The notes: a model not told the origin generated them from the letters alone. DNA of 54,858 bases, filler included, from Dirinaria sp. TL-2023a (GCA_051941275.1; 4 parts of 4 records of this genome joined end to end with filler, not necessarily neighbours in it), one strand, 5' to 3'; counted from the whole stretch's first letter, positions 36,759-48,872 are shown. Numbers and translations: made by a program.

Positions 36759-38228
36759 ATGCCTCGATGGCCGGCAGTTGCACGCTCAATACGCCTCTAC
36801 AGCACTCTTCCCTCCTCCCATTCTTTGAGTTCACTAATTAGCAACCCAGCTCACAAGTACCAAATCTACACATCTCAGAGCCGGGACCCCTTCGTAAACC
36901 TCTCAATCGAACACTACCTCCTTCAGAAATCCCACAAGGACTCCACCATCCTCTTCCTCTACGTCAACAAACCATGCGTGGTGATTGGCAGAAACCAGAA
37001 CCCTTGGCTGGAAGTGGATTTGAAACTGCTGAATGCAAATGGTGGGTCGAGCAGCGCGCCAGAGTCTGGAAGGGGAAGTGGTGCTGGGGTCGTGGATCTA
37101 GTGAGGCGAAGGTCCGGAGGGGGAGCAGTATTCCATGACGAGGGAAATGTCAACTACAGCGTCATCTGCCCCCCAGCGGCATTCACGCGCGACAAGCATG
37201 CTGAGATGGTCACCCGGGCGTTGCGGGAGTTCAATCCGCGTGCCAGAGTCAATGAGAGGCACGATATAGTGCTCGATCAGGGAAGTCTCCAAGAGGAAGC
37301 TTCGAGGCCAGATCCGAATGATATGCACAGGACGAGCTATGCGACCAGTGAGAAGACGCCTTTAAAAGTGTCGGGGTCGGCGTATAAGCTGACTCGGGAG
37401 AGGTCATTGCATCATGGCACATGCTTGCTTCGTTCGGAGAACTTGGGCACAATTGGGAAGTTTTTGGCTTCTCCAGCAAGAAGTTACATCAAGGCGCGAG
37501 GAGTAGAGAGCGTCAGATCGCCTATAGGCAACGTGTTCGGTGAGAGGGACGGGGAGGAGCAGGCAAGTTTCGAGCGCGAAGTTGTAGGGGAGTTTGCGAA
37601 AATGTACAGCATCAATGGAGATATCATTGCTCCTTTGTTTGAGGAGTCTAAGATACCTCGTGTCTGTATCGATCATGAACGCTGCTACGGACAGATCGGT
37701 GGACAGTTGACCGATGAGGTCAAGAGTGGGGTGGAGGAATTGAAAGTTAGTTACTCGATTTCATGGACGGTTTGTCTGTGATTGTTGACGTGCTCCCATC
37801 ATGTAGTCTCTAAACTGGACTTACTGCCAGACGCCTCAGTTCATTCTGTCGAGCCATGCCTCTGACGAAGACGCAACTGACCGAGCACCTTTGCCACAAA
37901 ATTGGCCTCCGTCAGTAAGTGCCGGATGATCTCTGCTCAATAGCAGCTTCGGATAGTTTTGCTAGACTAGTGACTAAAACATGTGTCGATGCAGGCTCGA
38001 GTCTATGTCAAAGCCCGTTCGGGAATAATTACCTCGACTAAGATATCCGTATCTTCTGATCCTCGCACTGCTCTCGAAGAAGAGCAAGAGTTTGAGAAGA
38101 CACTAGGAAACCGGAAAGTGCACGAAATACCCGGCTTCAGGGATATTTTGTGTGAATCGACCAACAACCGGACTCGAGATGACACCTTGGTAGTAGCAGC
38201 GTGGCTGGACAAAATGTTCGGGAAATGA
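36759..38228 (+). CDS. AIM22: Mitochondrial lipoate-protein ligase A, Aim22/Lip3 (3 exons; introns 37746-37806, 37915-37994)
   Basis: 'VVIGRNQNPW', 'RRRSGGGAVFHDEGNVN', 'KVSGSAYKL', 'HHGTCL' and 'WTYCQTPQF'. Confidence 0.92.
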
Positions 38229-38277
38229 AAGCGCACAGAGCTTTCATGAATGGGCCATCCACTGAAGCTCCGAACAA

Positions 38278-39800
38278 TCAAGAATGCTTATGTTGCTGTG
38301 GTAAGGCTTTGATAATGTCCTCTGGGAGCACGTTGGCGAGATCCTTCCACCAGTCTCCGCCTATAGTACCCTTGACCTCGGCCTCGACTCCAAACTTGTA
38401 ATTTCTGACGGACTCCACCATCAGGTCGACGGGTTGAAGTGACGCGCAGAGCTTTCTAAACCGTTGATCGAATCTCACCCGTCGTTCATCTTTGGTCAGC
38501 TTACCGACTTGGAGAAATGCCTCTATGGATGCAGTCGATTTATCTGAGCCAAGCGGGCAATGCTTTTGCCGGCTGAGGAAGAACTCGATCACCTTCTCGT
38601 CTTGGCGAAACGTTAGCTGGTACATGGCCTTCATGTCGAGTTGCATATACTCGTATTTCTGAAAGTCGGGCAAAGTGTGGCTTATGGATTTTCAGGTCAG
38701 CATGTTTCTTTTTGGCAATAAAATGCACGGTGCCACTTGATTCGAGAGTCCCCCCCGCGAGAAGGGTCTTGTATGTTCAGACAAGAAAGATATAAGAGAA
38801 AACATATCACCAACATTTGCTCAACCCCCCATTTCCATACTTCTTCACCACTCCCGATCCAAATCAGCAACGTGGACCGTATCTGATCTCTTTGCTCGAC
38901 AAGAGGAGGGTGTAGGCTGAACATTTCTTCTCTGAGGAATGCCACGTCCCATAGCGACTGGCGGATATGTTGGGGTATATCTTCGGGGATATCCTGGCCA
39001 TAGGCGCATAGAGTTTTTGGCAGCTGAAGACAATGAGAGTAGTCGTCGGAAATACTGTTTGTGAGTGTTTGAACATCTTTGGAAAGCCACTTGCACTGAC
39101 GCGTTGTCTCTGCTAAAGCGGTGAGGGCCGGAAGGCTCTTGCGTGGTCGAGCACCTTTCTTTGGTTTGTCCTTTATGCCCATCACTTTGACGGGTGCGTT
39201 GAAACGCTGCCTCAGACTGATGTCGGGTTCGGTATTGAATTCAAGCCCTCTACCCTCCGAATCTTCTTCCTCAGGCCCGATCGCATCCTGGATAACCTGT
39301 TCGGGAAACCCGAACTTCATCTCGGTATTGAACAGAATCGCCGAGCTGCAACAGCGGTTGATCACATTGCTCAGATGCTCCACGTCGAGGATCAAGCTGA
39401 AGACTTTCGAAAGCTCCTCCGGTATATTGATTATGGAAACATCGGGGCACTCGCCTTGAAGCAACGCTTGAAGAACGCAGTTCTTGTCCATGTAGCTTTG
39501 AAAATCATCCAAGCTCTGGGCTAACTCTGCTTCCGCAAATTCTTCCCAGTTCTCCAAATAGGAAAGGCCCCAATGATCCGGCATCCCGTGGTCAAAAGCA
39601 TTTTTCTCGAGACGCTTAGCTTCTTTAGCTAGCACCTTCTTGAGATTCCTTGTCACTTTGTCAAATTCGTCCGCCGCAGCATAAAATTCACGAGAATTTT
39701 TGCAGCCAGAGCGAGATCGTTGATCAGATTCATCGTCCGGATCCTGCTTAAAGAAGGTGTGAGTAGCTTTTTTATCTCGGTTTTTCTTTCTGGATGGCAT
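38278..39800 (-). CDS. Uncharacterised protein (probably 2 exons joined by a ~56-nt intron near 38681-38736)
   Basis: A 367-aa ORF and a 131-aa ORF lie on the same strand. A GTGGCA...GCTGAC...AAG intron joins them in frame, but the donor is non-consensus. Confidence 0.6.
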
Positions 39801-40264
39801 CTCATCCGTCTTTAGTTATTTAGCACTAGTAATATCGTATTTTAGTTTCGTATAATAAAAAGAGCGACAAACTGTTGATAATTTCTGCGTCGCAAAATTA
39901 TATTGAATCTGCGAGTTGTGATGTCGACAGAAGTGAATGTGTTATTGTTGTCATTTGTACGCGCCTTCCACAAAACTTGCTTTCCAAAAGAACAAAGCAT
40001 TGCAAACCATCCCTTCACTCTTCGAATTTCATCTCAAGCAACAACTTCCCAAGAACACTGCCTCTGAAAGCTGGGGTTGGTTACTAATCAGTATGAGGAA
40101 TTTGAATATTGAGTGCAGTATCTGCCCTGATCATCAGAGGCATCTTACAAAAAGACTTCTTCTCAGATAGGACAAACTACAAAGCCACCTGTATCTGAAT
40201 CGCCGATACAGATGAGTCTCACACAAGCAATCAAATGGAAGTTATGATCTTGATCGCACGGTTT

Positions 40265-41133
40265 TCATACCGACCATGTTCTGACTGCTCCATCTTCTCC
40301 AGTGCTAACTATGATTTCTTCATCCGGGCTCAGATGAGCCCAGCATACATGGTTGATCTCGGACACATCATGAGCATCATGAACCTGAGCCAGAACCGAC
40401 CATCCTCCTTCATCCTGACCATAAACAACTACCTTACCATCTCCCCCCACACTCACAATCCTGCCCGTCTTCCTACTCCACGCAATACTGTAGATAGCTC
40501 TGACATGTACCTGCGGAAGCCGACAATCCTCCACCCACTCCTCCTCCATGTTCCCAGATCGAATGATACTGAGTCGCGACTGTTGCGGCGCTCCTCTCTC
40601 CTTCATCACCCGCCTCCAAATCCGAATTGTCAAATCATCAGAGCAACTAGCCAACCTCGGCACCGACTTCTTATTCCCAGACACCTCATCATCATCATCA
40701 TCATCATCAACAGCAGCTCTAATAACCCCCTCCCACTCAACCGCCCACACGGTACTGTCATGGCCCCTCAAAACCGCCACGCAGCCCCAATCATCCACAT
40801 CCTCCCTCCATAGCCGGATCTCATCGTCATAGCTCGCGCTCGCGAGCAGTGCCTCCTCAGGATGCCACGCCACGCACTTGACATCGCCCTCATGCTCCTG
40901 CAGGACCGCGACGGTCTCGTAATCGTCCTCGCCAATCTCTTCCCAGATCCACACGCTCTTGTCCCGCGAGCATGTGGCCAGCAGATTCCCGCCCGCCGAC
41001 CACGCGACCGATTTCACCTCCGACTCGTGCCCGTCGAGGACGATCGCGAACCGCCATTCGTCCTCGCCTTCTTCTTCTTCTTCCTCTCCCATATCCATTT
41101 CCATATCCCTATCCATAACCATATCCCTATCCC
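40265..41133 (-). CDS. CIA1: Cytosolic Fe-S assembly WD40 protein Cia1, 5'-truncated at the contig end
   Basis: 'LDGHESEVKSVAWS...LATCSRDKSVWIWE', 'HEGDVKCVAWHP' and 'LASCSDD'. The frame stays open up to the linker. Confidence 0.93.
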
Positions 41134-41233
41134 NNNNNNNNNNNNNNNNNNNNNNNNNNNNNNNNNNNNNNNNNNNNTTAATTAATTAANNNNNNNNNNN
41201 NNNNNNNNNNNNNNNNNNNNNNNNNNNNNNNNN
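41134..41233. other. Artificial contig linker N44-TTAATTAATTAA-N44
   Basis: Identical to the other two linkers. Confidence 0.98.
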
Positions 41234-41344
41234 GAGTTGAAGAGATTGGCGAAGGTAGAGTGCGTCTTCTAACAGTAAGACTCAGAAAAGCAGCTCACAA
41301 CAGCGGAACAGACTCGATCTATCGAGCCCAGTCCTTGAAGAAAA

Positions 41345-41792
41345 CCGATAATAGCAACTACTTTCAGAGTAGTAGTATGCCCATCAAATATGCACAGCAT
41401 AAGGACTGTTCAAGATGGCAACTCTTACAACTCAGCACCACCGAATGGATACCAGGGCGAAGCGGTGCAGTACCCAAAATCAACATCAACAGATGACTTC
41501 GTCCGAACAAGGACAATACCAGCAGCGACCTTACGACCAAGAAACTCACAAGGGTCAACCGCAGTACAGTCAACAGCAACAGTAAGTTTCCAAGCTTTAA
41601 CAGTGATATAAACCCCTCTGAAATTCGATCTAGAATCTATGCTCAGGGATATAGTCCGTATCCTCCTCAATGAGATCAACAGCCTGCTGAAGGCGAACGT
41701 GGTCTTGAAGGGGCCATCACCGGCGCCTTAGCTGGTGGTTACGGTGGTCATCAAGCGGATCATGGGTTCCTTGGAGCCATTGGAGGTGCTGG
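41345..41792 (+). pseudogene. Degraded Gln/Tyr-rich glycine-zipper small protein
   Basis: Reads 'AEGERGLEGAITGALAGGYGGHQADHGFLGAIGGA' after an in-frame TGA at 41671-41673. The upstream Q/Y-rich part needs frameshifts. A GTAAGT...TAG intron lies at about 41582-41633. Confidence 0.6.
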
Positions 41793-42681
41793 TGAGCACA
41801 GTGAGTTAAAGATAGTATCTCTATTTATTCGATTCCATTCATGACTGTTTTCGATCTGATATTCTCTCTACTACAATCAGTGAGCTGTCTACCACTTGCT
41901 TCCCAGACCCAGGAATCCTGATTTACAGAGAACGAGCGAGAATGAAAACATAAAAATAGCAGGAATAACCTGTAAGCTTATTTAAAGCTTAGAATGAGCT
42001 TGATATTATTGCGATCCTGGAACACCATGTAGTAAGATAAGCAACCGAGTCGCTGACTTGGTTCAGTTGGTCTTCTTGGTAAGGTAATTAACTTCTTTGT
42101 TGCCGAGGGCTTTGACCTGGGTAAAACCTATCTGATCTAGAGTCAGCAGGGTCCTGGCATCATCGCGCAGATATGTCGAATTTAGAAAGATATGATGAAT
42201 TCTAGAAGGTCAATTGTATACATGATATGATCATGTAGTGAATGTGTAGATGTTTGTGAGTGATTAATCAAGGTATGTTGTCGACTCAATTCTGGTTGCG
42301 GAAGTTCAGTATTATTAGATTTAGCCTTCTGTCTTAATCACACACAAAGAGTTTTTTTTCTTTCACCACGTATGCTTTGCTGTTCCATTTCTTTGATAGT
42401 TACTGGGTATCAATATCAAAATTGGCCGACTACTTCATCCCTGCTTGCATGAACAAAAGTCGGCTGGCGGTCATTGCAAGCTCATAGTTCAGAGCACTTA
42501 TAAGATACATTGAACAAGCGCCCCCCCTTCGAAGCCCGGCTGCATTGATTTTAGTATTCGACATCTTTTATCCAAAATCCGGCAGGCTGGTATCCGCACT
42601 ACGTACGATTAAGTATATTTCTTCCGCTTCTCCGAAAGACGGACTTCTTTTCTTTCAACAAAACCACGACTTTTGTCCAAC

Positions 42682-43026
42682 ATGCTCTTCCGAAGCACCG
42701 TCGTCTCTTTCTTAGCTCTTCTTCTGGCGAGTCACGCCATGGCACTCGCCAGCGATCCCAGTCTGGAATCCCCCTCGATATCTTCCTAAGTGCTAGCAAC
42801 GCTGACGGTGTTCTCGCAGTTGACGCATGCAATGCCCCGAATAATGGCCAGAAGAAAGACAAGGACCGCTGTAGATACAGGAATGAACTAGACGGCTCAG
42901 TCTGGCATGGTCGTAAGTAACCTCAAAAAAAAAAAAAAAATTTGTACCGAAAATAGCTTGCTCATACAACAATCAGACTGTAGACCTTGGGGCGGTTTTT
43001 TGTTTTGTGAGTCGCGAGGTGACTAG
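42682..43026 (+). CDS. NFAP2-like small secreted antifungal-protein homolog, 73 aa (exons 42682-42760, 42820-42912, 42977-43026)
   Basis: Spliced product is MLFRSTVVSFLALLLASHAMA-LASDPIDACNAPNNGQKKDKDRCRYRNELDGSVWHGHCRPWGGFLFCESRGD. It has a signal peptide and CAAC-ATG context. Two introns (59 and 64 nt) keep the frame. It aligns with the recalled NFAP2 sequence. Confidence 0.8.
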
Positions 43027-44116
43027 GATAGGGGGTCAATCATGGTGTGCTCGTTGGAATTTTACTGTCGTGGAGTTTTGAGGGTGCTTCGAATGCACAG
43101 AAGCACCATTTTTGTCATGTCAGAGTCGATACAAACTCAGGATAAAGTACTGCCAATTGTGACTGGCTACCACTTGATAGAGCTCGGCGTGCTTTAGAAT
43201 TCTTGGTTGTGAGAAACTCAAGCGCTTGGATGCAGGAAATCTCGCAGAAGAGTCGATGTCAAGTCTCTCAAGCCGTACGACGAATGGCAGCCGATGAGTC
43301 TGAGATTACTGTAGATGTATGTTAGCTGTTCGTGAATCTTTGAGTGTCGTGCCATATCTACCTATGCAAGCAAGACCTTCTCGTTCAATTCCTCCCTTGG
43401 CTTCGTTTTGCCCGTTCTAAGGCCCAGCGCTCCTTTTCCTTCCTCTCATCCCCTTGATCCGCACTCCTGTTATGACTCAACATCAAAGGTTTTTGTAGGA
43501 TATATTTGCCCTGCCATCGCTGCTGAGGAGCTTTGGAATATCCACTGACTTGCGTGCCTGATAAATATTGGATCACATGCAATCGGAGTTACTCTACCTC
43601 CAAAAATTGATCGAAGTAAGACTGAAACGTGAGAATCTTCGACGACATCTTATCGTTTCCACCTATCGAGTCATTTCCATGCGGAAACAGAAACCATTTT
43701 AGAAAAACATCGTTATCTGTTCCTCCGCTGGTAGAAGAGTTTCATAGCGGTCGCTTGCGCTCTAGACCAAAAGGGCGCGCATTGAGCGCTGAAGTTATAG
43801 GATGCTAAATTCATTACTCAAATGAAAAGGAAGCATACATCCTACTCCTTACCAATTGAAATAATAGATGTCCTAGGAATGTTTGTTGAGCACATTAGTT
43901 CTGGTCGTGAGTCTATTGCCTAGCCCTATGGAATAGAAGTACGGGCTCGTATACATAGCGAGTATGCGATGCTGCCTTTTGTGATCTTTAGGCGCCATTA
44001 TCAACAGATGTCGCGTAGATTGGATGGTTAGCGACGGGTGCATGCGCGCTTTTGTATACGAATTCTTCGATCTCCAACTATTTGTTTATTTTCACCCTTA
44101 AGTATTGGTGGAAAGA

Positions 44117-45234
44117 ATGTACTTAACAGATTGGCTATGGCAGACAATTCTTTTCGCCAAAACGACACTGCTAATATTGAATCCTGCTCGGGCTTCAAAT
44201 CTGGGCGTACCAAACGATACAACAGCGAGCAATGACAGAGTAACCTGCGGTAATGTGCCGTACGGCCACCCACGACTCGATAGCTGCGAAAGGGCCATGG
44301 AGGCTATCCCAGATACTACAGCTCGAATTTTCACATTCGGCATTCGACCAAGAGCGTCTTTGGTTTCAGTCGTCGTTCCGTATCGATTTATGAGCCGTGA
44401 GTCGTAGAACCAATCACATGATGTCGTAGAACGGGGATCCTGCAAGTACTGATAAGAATCTAGCTGATGGTCGTTGTGCGGTCGAGATTGGATTTTCGTC
44501 CCCAACGAGTACGCTCGATCTTGCGTATCCGCATGACATCAGAGTAGCCGTAGGAAATGTCATATCGAAATGCGTGGAGGGCCGTAGCATCGGAGGAGTT
44601 GTTACAGGGTTAGGTGCGTTAGACCCAGCCAATACCGTTCATAGTCTGTCCCAGTCCCATGCAGAAGCTGACGATTCAGCAGGAGAAACGCATAAGCTGC
44701 AGGCCCAAGTGTTGCGGTATGAGCCACATGTCGGATGCTTTGAAGTACCGTCGGTCGGACCTATGCTTGTGAATCGCTGCAGAGCGCTGCTGCAACAGAT
44801 TCCTGCGTCAAATAACGTGCAAGTCTTCGGCAGCGAAGGACTTGATATTGATGTGAAGCTTCCGCTGACTTACAAAGAGTGTAAGTTAATGTCGCTTTTT
44901 GCACAGCTTCATGTCTTCGATTCTAAGACCCTTGACATTATCTGTCAGCTCAAGGAGAATGTGCAATGCGCTTCACAATGACAGACGGTCCTGTGAGATG
45001 CCAGTGGCATGATCTCTGGTCGGCAGCCGTGGCCACAACATGGATGTGCGCTTCAAAAGGCGAGGCGGGATGGGCGAATCTCTATTGTATGTGCATAGCA
45101 CTTTCAACCTCCACCCCTGATTGTCCTTGCTGACATTGCATTTAGGGCAAGATTCGGTGTTCAAGATACTGCTATACAAGCCTGTAGGGTTACGAACTTC
45201 GGCTAGCAATGCCACTGCATTAGAATCGTCCTGA
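44117..45234 (+). CDS. Putative secreted 284-aa Cys-containing protein with two tandem KP4/Ecp2-like repeats (5 exons; introns 44397-44463, 44614-44682, 44881-44948, 45087-45145)
   Basis: Four GT-AG introns with branch points give an 855-nt open frame. The duplicated pattern is C-x12/13-C...FG...P...C...C..G. The hydrophobic N-terminus is a weak signal peptide. Confidence 0.72.
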
Positions 45235-46422
45235 TTCTTGCCTCGCAAGAGAATAATGAATGGTGTATGTTTACGATCTTCAGAGCTATGCTCGACTTTC
45301 TCCTGCAATATACGTCGCTTTTGAAACACAGTTCGCGGTGTCACATCTGAGAATTCGTAACTTGTCCGATTGTATGGCTCAGTAATGGGGGAGAATCGTA
45401 GAGTTGTTCAAGTGGCGCTGTGAGCCGTCGATGATTGTCTGCATTACTGACTACATTGTAATTAAACGTAGCAGAGAGGCTCTCTGAAGATTCTTCACGG
45501 CGATAAACAGAATATCCTTTGCGGCTTGACTTACTCGCATTGCGACGAAACTCATACTATTGACGACTCGCAGAAAGACTCCTGGGATTGACCTGTTATT
45601 GTAGCAGTCTTCGCAATTTTTTTGCTAATTTTGTCCGCAGAAAATAGCTGTTTTTACTCGCCACCCCTTTCTCCTAGATACATCAAGCATGGTTAGCACG
45701 CGTATTGAAGAGATCCAAATGGAATACGGCCGAGCGTCTGGATGAAAGTATACCCTTACATGATCTTACATTTTTCCAAGGTTTGCTGCTCTGATGAACG
45801 CCAAGATATCTCAATATGTCAAACCGGGAAGGATTTTTGGGTTTGAACTGTACTTTGAACAAGAAGCAATCGTACTTCCTTACGCTATCCAATGGTTAGG
45901 TAATGAATTTTTCTCTACTCAATAATGCATGGTCGTAGTAAATGCCAATGACGATCATTCGAAGATTCACTAAATATATCCACCACGGTTGAAGACGGTT
46001 GGGACGCGGGTCGCTTATATTCAAGTCTCAAATGTATCACACGAAAGACCTACGGAGCTACGTATCTTATGTAAGGTAGGCTAAACATGGCATACCCCAA
46101 GACACATTTAAGGTTGACCTTGATGCCTCGAGATGTCTCGGGATCGTACTTACTGTCCCATCTAAGACATCTGCGAGATGCAATGAATTGCACAACCATA
46201 TGCTGCACAGCAAGGCAGTGTGCGTACTGGAGCTCACACAGCGTATCCTCGAGCCAAATGATGCCGAGTCCTCAACCCCCTGGTCCGGGACGATGTCTCT
46301 GGCCCACATCTGTTTCACTGTTCAGCGAGACCTTGAGTGATTCATAAAGAGTGTGATGGCCTCTTCGATCATGGAGCCAGCAATTTCGTCGCACGCGTCT
46401 AGAGTATTCCATAGGCTCTACT

Positions 46423-47958
46423 ATGAAGGTACTTCCGTTACTATTATCTTGCTCATTTCTTATCTTGTACCGTGGGCATGCGTCGCCATTAGCCTCCCAG
46501 ATTGGGGGATCCAATGTAACGAGGAGCGCTGGGATGGGTGTGGATGCGAGTACTGCTGCGGCGATGGAAAAAAGCGCTTCTGCAGCGCCTGATTGTCTGA
46601 ATCCACAAAAGAATCCAATCCCCGCTTGCTGGGACCAGCTCAACGTGGGCGATTATCTGCAGGATTGGTGGCAGGAGAATCAAGCGGATTGTGATCAGAA
46701 CTACGAAGGTGATGGGTTTGCATCATGTTTTCAGCAGAAAGTTGGCCGAGGAGTGCTACTCGATCAACACTGTGAGAAAATCGGAGCAGGCAACTGTGAT
46801 CGACCGGGCAACTTCAGCGCCTACAAACCACAAGAGTACTACGTTCTGATGAGCATTCATGGCGTATGGCAATGGTTCAACAACGCATTCGAAGCGTCCG
46901 GCATCGCGGATGGAACGGCAAGTGACCAGGTGGGGAAAATTGTGCAAACCATCAACCCGGCTGTCGCTCCCAAAAATGGACTTGGCATATTCCTCCAGGT
47001 TCTTACAGCCGCATTCGCTTTCATTGATCTTCCTGGAGATGTTGCTGGCGCGGCAGCAACCACGGCGGTGACAGCGCTTCAACAGGCGCCTGGCGTTGCT
47101 CACGCCATCTATGCACCGGATGGCACTTTGGGCTCGCAGATCGAGCAATGGGCCGACCTTCAGAACCAGCTAGCCACTGTCATCAAATCTTTCCAGGCCA
47201 ACGTGGCAAACGGCCTCAAAGCTGCGCAGACCAGCTATGAAGACTTCTCCGCGTTTGTAGCCAAAGGCGTTTTCATCGCAAGCGAGTCGTCGCTCAACAC
47301 ATCCACTGCGATTCTCACTGAGTACTTGTCGACCTATGTCATCTCGCAAGCGTTGAACGCCTACAACACCCAAGGCAAAGACGACAGCGCGGTGACCGGC
47401 TTCAAGGTCGAATTCACTCCTAACACCATTCCTTACAACCTGCGCACCAACGGCTCGCTGCCCACACAATACAGCAAAGTCTACAATTGCGTGAACCCGC
47501 CGGACCAATACGGTCTATGCGGCGCGTATTGGACGGATGGTACAGACGAGTACGCACTGGTCCAAGACTCCGGCCCGGCATTCCAGTATTCACAAACAGG
47601 CTCTCCGCCGCCCACTCCGAATGCCATCACCACTTTAGTCGGCAGTGGATGGACCACCGGCCAATCTCTCTTGGAGGGTGCAAAAGATTGCGCCATCTAT
47701 CAGGTCGTGACAGGGAACGATTCCACTCCGTACGTTGACCCGCAGACGCTGGTGCCAAAGTGTATCTCCAGTTTACCAGTGTATATGTGGGATCAGCCTG
47801 ACTGTATTTACTCGTGGTCGCAGACGGAAAACTGTGCGGCGCTTTTCCTCAGTCCGGATCCGGGATTCCATGCGACTCAGCAGCCTACGGGGCGGGATAG
47901 GTTCAAGCAGCCCGGATACCAAACCGCTGAAACTTATTTGGAAGGTATTGGGGTGTAA
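46423..47958 (+). CDS. Uncharacterised 511-aa secreted protein, intronless
   Basis: Signal peptide MKVLPLLLSCSFLILYRGHA-SP, a Cys-rich N-terminal module, a central helical region and a Cys-containing C-terminal region. Confidence 0.82.
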   Translation: MKVLPLLLSCSFLILYRGHASPLASQIGGSNVTRSAGMGVDASTAAAMEKSASAAPDCLNPQKNPIPACWDQLNVGDYLQDWWQENQADCDQNYEGDGFASCFQQKVGRGVLLDQHCEKIGAGNCDRPGNFSAYKPQEYYVLMSIHGVWQWFNNAFEASGIADGTASDQVGKIVQTINPAVAPKNGLGIFLQVLTAAFAFIDLPGDVAGAAATTAVTALQQAPGVAHAIYAPDGTLGSQIEQWADLQNQLATVIKSFQANVANGLKAAQTSYEDFSAFVAKGVFIASESSLNTSTAILTEYLSTYVISQALNAYNTQGKDDSAVTGFKVEFTPNTIPYNLRTNGSLPTQYSKVYNCVNPPDQYGLCGAYWTDGTDEYALVQDSGPAFQYSQTGSPPPTPNAITTLVGSGWTTGQSLLEGAKDCAIYQVVTGNDSTPYVDPQTLVPKCISSLPVYMWDQPDCIYSWSQTENCAALFLSPDPGFHATQQPTGRDRFKQPGYQTAETYLEGIGV

Positions 47959-48872
47959 AATAAGCCTTTTCTGATGTAGGATAATGCATCGCCCATAGTT
48001 GCCATGCTAGTGAGCAATAGGTGTAGGCCCTGAAAGCCATTTGAAGGTGTTTAGACGTCCTGATTCTCTGCGATTTAAGTGCGTTTTATATGACAGGTAT
48101 CTTACATTTCCTTGCTTTTGTGAAACACTTGCTGTATTTATTAGTACTGCCAGGCTCAAGTTTCATTGCCGTGTAATGCACAGTATTATTTTTGACTCGT
48201 CTCTTCAGCCCAATGCTTCAGAACCCAATCCTTTTTCTGTTCTGGCTCACAAACTGCGATATTAACAAAGAAGCAAACGTTCCAAACTCTCAACTTACAG
48301 TGCCCACTTAAAGTAATGCAGTTCGTTCCACAATACCTTGAGAGCTCAATAGAGGTAGAGAGAACTGTTCGTATGTGCGCAATAATGCTATAATTATGAG
48401 ATTGCTCTCAGGATATCTCTCTATTACAATCCCAAGAATGGTTGGAGAATCTTAGAAATTCATTATTGCATAAATCAGAGACTGCGTAGAAACCGAATGG
48501 CTTTCGCGATATCCGTCGTTGGAAGCAACGATTCACAAAATCTTCTCTTGCTGCTACATTATTGTCCGTCTCTCAAATTCAAATGTCTCCTTGAATCATC
48601 AAAAATTTCGCTGCGTTCTTATCGTTTCGTATGCAAATTAATCTTTACAGGCAGAGCTTTGAGCATCAGTCCGAAAGTGTCTGATAAGGAGCGTATCTTG
48701 ATGATCTTCCCAAGCAATCCGTGAAAGAAGGATTGTTCGAAACTATATTATGGGTTCGTTCAAGGTTCCTGTTGTTTCCTACTGGCATAGCACTTATCTG
48801 TGCCAAAAAGCGAGTAGAATATGCCACCAAATTTGGATCTATAGGATTCTTTTACGGATGAAGGAGCGATCT

